A stretch of 64,000 bases of DNA from Laetmonice hystrix (Eukaryota): NCBI GenBank assembly GCA_965235115.1, contig OZ249436.1:31746001-31810000 (forward strand), given 5' to 3'. Below the pieces are notes generated by a model. That model made no database searches and was not told where the DNA came from. It was given only the letters and a program-made list of their open reading frames with translations. Positions 1 to 12,011 of the stretch are shown here, one piece after another. The translations under genes were made by a program, and so were the position numbers. Position 1 is the first letter of the stretch, and every line of letters starts with the position of its first letter.

Positions 1-3000
1 TGGCGGCAAAACGTCGAGTTTTAACATTGAAAACACCTGTGATTTATCAGCATTTTTCTCAACGTTGAAGCTGCCAAGTCGTGTGCCAGGATATGACAAT
101 GGTAAAAATCGGTCATCAACTCTCGTCTGGGTATTTGGCAAGGACTGCATCGTTATCATTATATGAACATGTCTGGACATTGCTGTATTCGTATTTCTGG
201 CAACTTGATCAAATATTTCATCATTAATTGTCTGCGCATATGAGCTTTACATTTGAGTTTTACCACAGTTTCAGACAAACAAATGAAATGTACAATCTGA
301 TAGCGACAACGAAACTCATTCTTCTAATTCCTATCCTCTATTGCAGAAGAGATAAACTGCGTGGAACCTGACAGGTTAATATCTCTATAAAAATGAAATG
401 GTGTCAACGGTTTGATGTATCCTCTACTGCAATAAAAGACTAACAAAATACATGATTCTACCACAGCAGTGTAGATAAGTCACAGCTCTTCGCGCACAAG
501 AACAAATCTCTGCACGTCAGCCTGGCGCTCCACAATCAACCACTTCATCGGGCGTCAGCTGATGAATCAAATGTCTTCGTTTGCTTCCTATTGTCAAGAA
601 TCAAAGACTGGTACCGCTTTGTGGCTTGCTAAAGACTCGCCCATCCCAACTCCGTTGGCGCTGCATCATCAGTCACACTGCACGACTCTAGCACGGCATC
701 GATCTTGCGTGCTTAGTGTCAATGGACGTACCAACAGAGACAATATTGCAGAATTTTAACCTTGAGCAGTCTCGGTGCGACTCGCAGTCTCGGTTGCCAG
801 TATACGTGCACCCCTTCTCAGGGGAATCAATGGCACAGGGGGATGGCACCACAGCCTCCACCAATCCACTGCATGCAAGAACCTACCATTATACCATGCC
901 CTTACACTGCCCCTTTCACATTCCACTAAAACCATGCCACTCTGCTGAACTAAATCAACGTGTGCCCTCCTCCCTAAATAGACGTTAAACCTAATCTACT
1001 AAAGGCCTCCTGGTGCATATCATCAGGCTGACGACTAAATTGACCACTGCAAATTGCCAATTGCCTTTTTTTTCTACTCAATTACCTGGTCGTGCCCCAG
1101 TTAATGTCCTGCCTTATAATGATTACAGGTGATTATATCAGTCCCGTCATGCTACCTGTATAATAAGACCGTGTACTTCTCAAGTTCTCATGAGAACTTT
1201 ACCATTCTCTCTCCGCTTGGAGAAGTTTCTGAATTGTATCTCAGAGGGACAAACTGACGTTTTTACTTCCATAAATACCGAAAGCTTTGCCGGATATTTT
1301 CTCCCTCGCCAGCCCTTCCACTGTCATCGCTGATCAGTGCCAGATAAAAGTCAGCGGACGGAAGAGGTAATCTTGGTGAGTGTTTGGAGTTAAGGAGATC
1401 AATGGGTACACACTTCGGCTCCATTCTACCCGTCACTGGCTCACAGAGGGCCTCAACGATCCTCAACCCTTTATCTGTTAGTTACGGACAGTATCTTTCT
1501 AAATGATGTGATTTCCAATATCGTGTGTTTTCACAACGGTAAAAACTACCATCAGTGTGCAAACTGATTAATATAAACAACAGGATAACCTGAGGGTCGA
1601 CGGAATAGTTTGACCATATTTAAAGCAACGGGGGGGAGGGGTCTACTTAGCATTAATCTTAGGATATTAAATGATCTTCCTGTACCCGTGCAAATTGTCG
1701 AGTTAGCGACTCCAAGGCAGACACCACGAATTCAGACGTGCCTTGCGGGCTTCCTTAGTTTGTATTTCTGTGTATGTAATCAATGATGTCGTGCTGAGGT
1801 TCGGTCGGGGAGGGCGGAGGCCACATTCAATCCATCTGTTGTCAACCAACAACAATGGCGCTTCGTTCCTTCAGGCCAACATCCCATGCAAATGCTAATC
1901 GCTCAAAAGCGATAGAGGCTCGATGACAGCTGTGAAGTCTCCGTAGCCTCTTCTTATTTCAATGAGCGGCTACTTTCGCGTGCTCTCCTTTGATGCTGAT
2001 CGTACTTTTAAAACGATGATGGTTCCTGACTGTATATTAATTAGAGCCATTTCCAGAGTGGCCTTTATACACCGAGGGAGGAGGGGAGGAAGTCTAAGCG
2101 ACCTGCACTGGGAGCCTGGGAGACTGGGAGGTCACCAACTGCCCTTCACAATAACTGCCCATCATCTGGGACACCAGTCACCAGTGACCTGCCCAAATGG
2201 CGCATGCATGTTGACCTAGTCTATACATGACTATGACGACCCACTGATTTAGAGCAATCAGAGTCCACTGGCATGAGTGAAACCGCCTGAAACTCTTCAC
2301 CTACGGCAATGTTGCCGAACTCTACTCAGCAGACATTATACCTATAGTTAGGGCTTTAAAAAATGAACAAAGGAAAAATCAGAGGTTCGCATGACCATTA
2401 TGTTCAACGAAGTAACATAATATACATCTTGTACATAGACTCTGGGCTATTTGCCACTGAGTCCTTTGCGGAAGATTCTACTCTTCAGTTTCAAGAATAT
2501 GTCGCGACATTTGGCAACTTTCCATTGCTCGTACATCATTGTTCTGGTGACAGTCCAGGCCACTCACTGCGAGCAGCTTTAATATTTTTTAGTCGGGAGC
2601 CACATAAACTGCTCATGCCCACAAGGTAGTACACGCTTGGTCTTTCTCACCTGCATTGTGCAATATGGCATGGAAATGAATGAACCCTGCTGACCCCTGG
2701 ATGCTGTGAATATGCAATAATTTTTTCCCAAAGGTCTCCCGTTTGGAGCCACCAGACCAGACTGAAGAGCGAAAGTCATGCAGACGAGGCATGGGCACGT
2801 GATCGTCCAAATTTAGATTTATATTGGCATCCATTACGTTCTCTTCCAAATGGCATATCAACAGGCCAAACATCACTGAAGGTGCAAGTAAATAAAATTT
2901 CAGCGAACAAACCATGCGTGTTAGTGCCTTTGGTTGAAACCATCGGCTGGCAGAGCCCATCGAAATCAGCATCCCTGCACGTCCCAACACCAAAGTCAAC

Positions 3001-6000
3001 ACATGAAACAAACGCCATTCCCCTCATCGCTTTGCAAACCCATGGCAGTGATCTGAGTCATGTTTCTATAACTGTAGAAGCTTTTGTTTTCGGGAGGGGG
3101 ATTTTGCAGGGGAGGAGAAAAGCATCCAGAATTTAAATATGAACTGACGGCCTGCATATATACAAAACTCATTACTGGGTATGTAGATTTTAATGGAATT
3201 ACGTCTGAGAATGAAAAGAATAAAATGAAAATGAATGAGAATGAGACAGAAGAAAGGCATGACGCTGAAAAAAAACCTACTGCAAGATTTTCTGCAAATT
3301 CACAGACGCCCACACCCAGACACAAAAGATACTTCTTAATTGAAATTGCTAGAATAAATCACTAAACGTTAACAAAAATACTTGATAACTCGGATCACAG
3401 TCTGCAAGATCATAGATAGGGAGCTGTATAATAAATAGAAGAGCTTTTTTTCATCCAGTGGTTCCATTTCTCCCGACCCTCTTTCAAACACATGACCAGT
3501 ACAAGTTAAATCAAATTATCTCATGATCAATATTAACTACAACAGCTGTTTTATTCTCCTTCACTTAATTGACAGAGCCTAGATACATAGCCTTCAAAGC
3601 AGCTGTACCTTCTTCTGATAGGTCCCATGTCTTGCATATTAATCCCTGTCTTGGTTACAAGGTCGGGACCCGCCAGCCTGGAGGTTAGCAAGGTGAACTG
3701 ATGAAACAGCAATTAACGGTACAGAGGTCACAGTCTCAGGGGGCAGCAGTGCCTTGTAGTTGAACCAGGCACACGGCTGGCCGGACCTGGCTTACGGCCG
3801 GGGCCACAATTATCCCTTGAGATACCGGACTAAGGTTAACTGTTGTCAGTGGTAGGCGACGTTAGCTGTCATTGATAGGCAAGGCGAGCGGTGCCTATTA
3901 CCGATAACTCTGACGGCCACGCCCAGCAAATGCCACTTCATAAGACTGCCGACTGAAAGGTCCTCGGCATGCCTTCGGAAACACTGATTGCGTACTGCTC
4001 AGATGTGACATTCAGTTCAAAAGTCAACTCGAACCTCTCTTAAAGCTTGAAAACAAAGCCATTTATTATACTCTACGAAAGTTTCACGCTATGTGAAGGA
4101 GATTTGCCCTTTAGTCCTGGCCACGAGTTGTGCCATCGACTCGTCCGTGCCGATTTGGCTGTACCCCCATTTCATTTTATTCTCTTCTCTGAGCAATTTA
4201 TGGCCTTACCTTGAACTTATCTTGTCTGTTGCTCGAAATCCAGGTTTGGCTATGTAATAATTATTTCTGGTCTGCCGAGCTAGATAGTTTTTGGCTGTGC
4301 CATCAACCCATTGTGTCTTTTACCTCGAGACCAAAATTGGCTGCGCCATATACTGCCATCAATATTTTCTTCTTTACCCTATATGCCTAGATTTGCTGCG
4401 CCATCGACTAATTCTGTTCTTTACTCTAAGCCCAGATCTGGCTATTCTATATGTATACCATCTATTTTCCGCTATTTACTCTGCCATCTACTCATTTTTA
4501 ACGCATGGAGAGCCAAAAATCTTCATCACACACAATAAGCCCGCCTCGGGATACGCTAAATATGACTTTCTTAGTATGCGTGATCAAATTTCAATTAACA
4601 GCTGGAATGCCTGTGGCGTGTTGTTTTCAGCTGTGCCTGCTACCTCATCAACTCCCAGTAACAAGAGACAATGTGACACTGTCAATGACACGTCCCTCTC
4701 AACCCATCACTGGGGCAGTGCCATGCACAACAGGCTTCTATGACCTTGGAAACGGCAACCCAAGTTGCTTCATCAACATACAATCTCCTTTCTACCGTAC
4801 CGTAGGCCTATTGGTTTCTACGGCTATATAAGTCTCAGTGTTTGACCAATGGTTAAAATATCTACAGCTGTTTGTCAGTGTAGTGTATGGGAATCTTTTT
4901 ATGTTTGAGTCGGTTGCTCAGCTTCATCTACATTCTGGATGTATTCTTCTCCCTATTGCTTACTAACCCGAAATGGTTGTTATCAATGTTTTTTTTTATT
5001 TACTGTGTCGCACATTATTTATTAACATTACTGTAAAATTTATTCATAATGAACTGACTATGATACGTGTACTGTCTTGACAATACACCGGTTATCGCCC
5101 CTAGAAATGTTTCTTGGCAGTCGGCCAGACTTGAAGGTTCCCTAGCAGGTATTGATAGCCCTACTGCCTCCACGATATACTCCCTACATATTGGCACGCT
5201 GCCCAAACCCTCTCTTTATTGCTCTGGATGTCAGCATTCCATTACCTAGCTTCCAGCTACCAGTAACAGTAGAAAGAAATATAGTTGTAACATCGCACGC
5301 CGTTATATATGAGCTCCCTACAGATACAATTCCTGAGGATATGATATACATGTGATTACAAAGGAATTGACATGTAACGAGTGATTCGTGGAACTGCAGT
5401 GCCACAGATATATTCCTGGTTATCTACACTGATATGATAGTCAATAAAACCAGTGTATGCAATTTTCACAACTGCGTGGTGAGACAGCGGGGTAAGAAGG
5501 GCACAGCCATTACTATTGTCCCATTGATTCTGTAAACTCAACAAAGACGATGACGACACGGGTGTCTGAAAGTGGATCAGACCTTTGAACGGCGATATAC
5601 CGGTACTCGACGTCTGTCCAGTGAATAGAAAGTTATAATCTTGTCTCGCTCTACTTTATAGAATCAACAAAATAAAAAACTGAGAAGGATTTCCTTGTAA
5701 TATTAATAAAGAACGAAATAATCTTCCTAACCGTAACCTGAATTTTCAACCAGATACGTTTGTTAGACAAGGACAACTGTATTGTCCAGCTAGCGCATTG
5801 CGTTCCTGTATCTCTGGGGTGGCGTGCAGTGGGGACGCTTGCAAAAAGCACCAGTCACCCTGAATCGAACAAAAAGTGAAAAAGTGCCTTACTCTCGCCC
5901 TCTGTGTCATTTTACTTCTAATGTATCGGTGTCAATCTAGAGTAATAGAAAGCTGAACTCCTCCAGTGTTCTTCATGCGGTATTACCAGACAAAAGGGCA

Positions 6001-9000
6001 GCTCAGTTTGTGTTACATCAATTGGTATATGTCAGATCTTCATCTTCACTAAAGCAAACATTGATAATTCTATTCATTCAGTCCCTCTTCCGCCCCTCGG
6101 TGTGGAGATGTGTTTCATACCAGTTACTGTACTGTACTGTAGCTGTACATGGAGTACAAGAGTTCATAGGAAACATGTTTGCGCGTGACTATAGATGGGT
6201 CACCAAATTAAATGGGAATCTTGAATTCTTTTCAGGTATACGCTCCTGTAGTCTTATCCCAACCTCGGTCAGGCCCTGACTTGCTCCTAACTGGGATGAA
6301 ATAAATAGGTCGTTTTGGGCAAAAGCCCAAACCAAAGGGCCTTAACGACCGGTTTAAACCAAATTATTAGTTCTTGGTTCTTTAATAACCACCACCCCCG
6401 CATCCGTCAGCAGTAGTGCTGGTCATCGTACGCCAGGCGAGACTGTAAAGTCTTCATGGAATTCAAAAACCTCTTCGTCTAGTACCTTTCATTAAAACCT
6501 ATCCAACGCTTATTAACATATAATGAATGCTTATATTTTGAAACCGTTGTGGATACGACTGCTAAATTGCTAATTGGGAGACAAAAGGGTTTTCCTGGAA
6601 CGACTACTTTAAATTCCGTCTCTGAAATGACCATGATGTTACAAAAAGAAACGTCGGAATGAGCTCTTGTTGATGAAGCCCTACCACGCGCTGTCAAGCC
6701 CGACGGACTGACACAACATCTCGTTATCCACTAAACGCCTGAGAAGCAGTCATCAACCAGAATTAGTCTCACAATTATCTACCAATTTGCACCACCTTGG
6801 ATCCATGAATTTTTGGACCTCCACAGAGCTGATCGCCAAAAGGTAATGAGTTCATGCATTGTCTAACACAATGGAACGTTTTGGGTTTGTTTCTTTTTTC
6901 CTTCATCACACGCTTCTCTTTATACAAAATGCAATTCCTTATCTTAAAAACGGATCGCCTTGCCCTGGCAAACCGCAGTAACGTATCAGACCTTCGTATA
7001 CTCACCTGTAAAAGATGAAATAAGACACGGTAAGAACACATTCATCCTCGCAATTATTAAAGTTTCCTTGAAAGTACTCCATAATAATTACTGTAGTTTT
7101 TCACAACAGATCTGAATATCGTGGATGACATTCAAGTTCTTTTTATGCTGAGCGTTATAAGCCAAGTACAACAAATCGGTTGAGTTTAGTTATAGCGCAA
7201 CTCTTTTACCGCTGCACAACTAAATCATTTCTGAATCTACTACTATAACCAACAAAGGGTTCTTATAGCAAGAACATTCTATAGTCCTTACATGAATCCC
7301 TCTCAGACGATATCTGTGTAGAATTCCTTCATACAGAACTGAGGAATGCCACACCCGTCTACAGTGCACGAAAACATACAACCGCCCTTTGACCAGAAAA
7401 CTTCAGGGAACTATTTTCCTTTACAGTCATGCGAATAAGTACTGAAAATGCAACAGGATTCTTTTAATATATTTTAACTACATGAATGTAGATAATAGTA
7501 GAATATCCTTGACAACTCGTGTTCTTTTCGGCACTTCTGCAAAGCAGGCAAACAGGGCGGCGAAAAAAAATCTTTTTTTCCCTCTGCTGACCTCGTTGCT
7601 TCAGGCAACCAGGAGCATAAATACAATCATGACGGCATCTGTGGCTCTCTTGTTTCAAGACGTTTCACCGCCTGCCGTCAAGCTTCAAAACTCCAGCGCC
7701 ACCACCACCACCAGACTCTCTCCAGGAGATGGCACAGTTCTATTAGTCAGCAGTGATTGTGGCAGGGCCCGGGCGGTCAGCCCCCACACAACCGGCACGC
7801 CTCCCCTCCCTGCCGACCCGCAGTGGTATATGGCGACGTGGAGCCCGCCTGACTCACTGGAATCCATACCAATCCTGTGATCCAATCCATCAGCTCCATT
7901 ACCACACTCCACCGGCAGTACGCCTTTAATCCTTGCACGTTTGTGGGATTGCTGATCACGCACAGATGGGATCGCCGCCATTCTGTCCTGGTTCACCTCT
8001 AAATCTAAGATATAATGTAATTGCAACTTCAGGACCGCCTCCTTTGGTTGTTAGCCACTGAGATATTTGTACCACGCAGTGCATGGAATAGCATGTTTGG
8101 ACTACTTTTGTCACTGCTCTAGAAGTACCGGTAATAAAGGCTGACATACTAAGACTAATATAAAACAGTCAGACTCTTCAGCACATGCGTTCTGATGTTT
8201 CTCTCCAAGTCTGAACATGAACCATGAAAAAAAACCGCCTGACGTGTAGCACTGCAACTCGGGGGTCTCTCATAGATACCGTAGCCTCAGAATCGCAAGA
8301 AAATTGCAAGGCGATGACGCTAAACTGTAGGCTATATCTAAAAGGTCCTTCCCATTGGCGGTAACCTGAACTGCCACCTTAGGTCAAAATACAGGCGCCT
8401 ACTCTAGGGTCGTTTCCTAGTTAACCGGGAAAGTCAAAGGGTGACAACATAAAATATTTGATTTCAAAAGACCTTTTCCGAAATACCATCATTGTGTGGT
8501 GTTAACGTTTTCTCCATCCATATTTTGTGCATGAATGCAACATAAAGGTACAATTTCTCATCTTGAGCATAGGAATTCCCTGCCAAGTATGGCGTCATCC
8601 CCTGCAAGTATAGTGTTACTGTTGGACTTCGTGTACAGTAAGCAGCGTTCCGAAAGTTACTTATTTAATCATATACCCTCCAGTCGACCATATACCCTCC
8701 AGTCGGTGACTGGAGATGCATGACTATGGAGAAAATGTTTCCTGCGTGCCTCTAGCGACACACCACAGCTTCAGTTTTTTCCGAGTAGAAACAAGTTATT
8801 CCCACATAGAAAAGCGTGGCTCAGTGCCAATCAGTATTTAATAATACCTCTGCCTTGTATTCCCGACCAACTCTGCCCGTCAAAAAATCAATTATCCCTT
8901 TTTATAGTGTGTGAACTGATAAATAGCTATGCGGTTGAGTCCAAGAGACGCCTTCCTATCTTCACAACAGATCTGTATGTTCTGTGGTATATGTATACTT

Positions 9001-11134
9001 CAGATCATTCTTCTAACCTCACCACCCGTGTGAGACTAATTCCAGAAACAACAATGAAGCCTGCCTACACAGATTGTGTTGTCCATCCATTAACCTTTCC
9101 CTGTCCTCTACGCCGGCCAGGTTCTTCGGACAATTTCTCCCTGCCAGTTTAACTGCACGGGCACCGGTAATGAGACTGGTTGCGCCTGCTGTTGTACCAA
9201 AATAGTGATAGACATTTCAGTCTTGTCGAGACTGATGAGACTGATGGACCGGGAGGATGCGGCTAGCGGTAGCTGTGAACCTGACGCAGGCCAACAGTTG
9301 TTGTCTTTCACACAGACATCTCTATACGACATACACAGTGCAGTCTTCGAGGCCATGAAGGTTCCCCGTGGCTCCAGGAAGAGCTCGCTACATTTTCGTT
9401 ATCAAGGTCCAGGCCTAAAATACCTTTTAACCTCCGGGCCTCGGCCACTGACATCAAACGGTTCTATTACCTGGGATATCCCCATAAGTCCCCTTTGCTC
9501 TCAAGCTAACACCATCAAAGGATCCCACAGTGGGGACCAAGAGCCGCAACTGAATCTTGATGACGAAACTCCATATCTCACGGGGTTCTTGCTTTTCTAT
9601 AGAAAGCATGTCCGTGCAACATTTATAAGTATTCTGATTATTTACTCTGACCGCATTTTTTGGAACTGGTGCATGTTCCACCAGTGGTATCGATGAAGAT
9701 TATAATCAATGTAGGCTACGCAGAAAATGTCTTCTTGATATTGGGCATATTCAGCAAGCCGGCGTAAGCAGGGACGGAAACTATAAAGTTAAGTTGTTAC
9801 ATGTAACTGAAGGTGTGGCACGAAGTCAGTGGGAGGCGATGTCAAGCTGTCAATTTGACGGCTGTCTACGCAACTGTGTTAAAGCAATGAGCTTCGGGTT
9901 CGTTGGCCGAATATGTTTCTTATATTTTCTGCTTGACGATTACGACCTAAGAATACCACTGATTTCATATTTTGTGCACAACCCTGGAAGGAAACGCAAG
10001 GAAACAGCCATACTACAAAAGAAAACGTACTGAATTAAAGCTTTACGGGATCGAAAAACGTATTTTTGACAGATACAGGATCGCTTATTCATCTGACATA
10101 GACTTTCCCATGATTTTATGGAATATAAAACCGGGAGGCATAGAACAACGCGACTGTGGTCGTGCAGACATTTCATGTTACTCTACCTGGATGGCGACCT
10201 TTTAACGAGTCTATCAGCCCATGTGCGTGTGTCATCCCACCATCCTATTACAGGTTGTCGTCCATTTATGTCCGACTGCCTCAGCAACCTTGTTGTGTGC
10301 ACCCGGAAATACACTCACTGCCTCTAACTTCCCCGCTCAAGCCATCTATAGTTTATACCAGATAATGACAGATTGCACAATAGGACCAGGGCTCGATCTT
10401 GGCTCGATCACGAAAATCAGTTGCTAGTGCATGCACATGAAGCTACAGTCTGGCTCAGTGGTTTTAGACGAAGTACCCGGGAGATTATAGACGGGCCGAG
10501 ATGTAGTGGAAGTGTTTCCAATCAACTTGATTAGACTAAGTACTGATTGCACCTAGATGTGGCCATCCTTTGGGTCGATATATTGGCTAGATTGCACCCA
10601 GTTATAATAACTAGGGGTGGAGAAGGACGACTGTAACTGTGTCTGCCAGGCGCTACATTAGGATTCTGTAATTCACAATCCACATGAAGGAGTATAGAGG
10701 TCTATGCATAGGAAGGTTTGCCTTCGTGCTGTCCTCTGCCCTATTCGGTTAATTTGTTTCAATCAACCCAACGCTAAAATATCCCGTCTGTTGGAGTTGT
10801 CTCAACAATGTATTTCAACCTCGACATTCAATATATGCCCGCAGGAGTTCCAGGCACTAGTGTTACTGTTAGCTAAATTAGTGATGCGGTAACTATACTA
10901 AAACCTAGTCTTTATACGTCTGTAAGGGTGATGGGTGAAGATGAAGAATATAATATGTGGACACTTGGCAGACATTGTGATTAGGTACCAACGAGACCAG
11001 GCTGGAAGGCACTTAATCCTAACACACTCCTTCTATCACCCAGAGTATCTTAAAACGGGAGTTTTCCCCCGGAGCCCACACCTGTGCCACAAATCATAGC
11101 TCTCCAACAGTCCAGAGAAATCTGACGTGTCGAG

Positions 11135-12011
11135 CCTCATCTCCGCCGACACTACCTCCGCAGTATGGGCTGTCAGTGTCACTGCCAGAAGTCGGTCAGA
11201 GAACTACTACTGCCACCTCAACTCCGCCGACACTACGCCCGCAGTATGGGCTGTCAGTGTCACTGCCAAAAGTCGGCCAGAGAACTACTGCTGCCTCATC
11301 TCCGCCGACACTACGCCCGCAGTATGGGCTGTCAGTGTCACTGCCAGACGTCGGTCAGAGAACTACTGCCGCCTCAACTCCGCCGACACTACACCCGCAG
11401 TATGGGCTGTCAGTGTCACTGCCAGAGGTCGGTCAGAGAACTACTGCCGCCTCAACTCCGCCGACACTACGCCCGCAGTATGGGCTGTCAGTGTCACTGC
11501 CAGAGGTCGGTCAGAGAACTACTGCCGCCTCAACTCCGCCGACACTACGCCCGCAGTATGGGCTGTCAGTGTCACTGCCAGAGGTCGGTCAGAGAACTAC
11601 TGCCGCCTCAACTCCGCCGACACTACGCCCGCAGTATGGGCTGTCAGTGTCACTGCCAAAAGTCGGCCAGAGAACTACTGCTGCCTCATCTCCGCCGACA
11701 CTACGCCCGCAGTGTGGGCTGTCAGTGTCACTGCCAGACGTCGGTCAGAGAACTACTACTGCCGCCTCAACTCCACCGACACTACACCCGCAGTATGGGC
11801 TGTCAGTGTCACTGCCAGAGGTCGGTCAGAGAACTACTGCCGCCTCAACTCCGCCGACACTACGCCCGCAGTATGGGCTGTCAGTGTCACTGCCAGAGGT
11901 CGGTCAGAGAACTACTGCCGCCTCAACTCCGCCGACACTACACCCGCAGTATGGGCTGTCAGTGTCACTGCCAGAAGTCGGTCAGAGAACTACTACTGCC
12001 TCAATTCCGCC
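11135..12011. repeat. 78-bp minisatellite, about 11 copies (some 81-bp variants)
   Basis: Unit CCTCAACTCCGCCGACACTACGCCCGCAGTATGGGCTGTCAGTGTCACTGCCAGAGGTCGGTCAGAGAACTACTGCCG; the ORF track shows a 26-aa period in all three + frames. Confidence 0.97.

Noticed and set aside
6308..6350. Nested hairpin GGTCGTT-TTGGGC AAAA GCCCAAA...AACGACC
   Set aside because: Short stems with no assignable RNA family; probably a repeat remnant or chance.
7482..8026. Overlapping ORFs of 113-132 aa in a GC-rich block
   Set aside because: No recognisable domain or flanking splice sites; expected by chance in GC-rich DNA.
11135..12011. CRISPR-like array
   Set aside because: Units are contiguous with no unique spacers, the context is eukaryotic and there are no cas genes. 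The same holds for the arrays at 25.2 kb and 54.4 kb.
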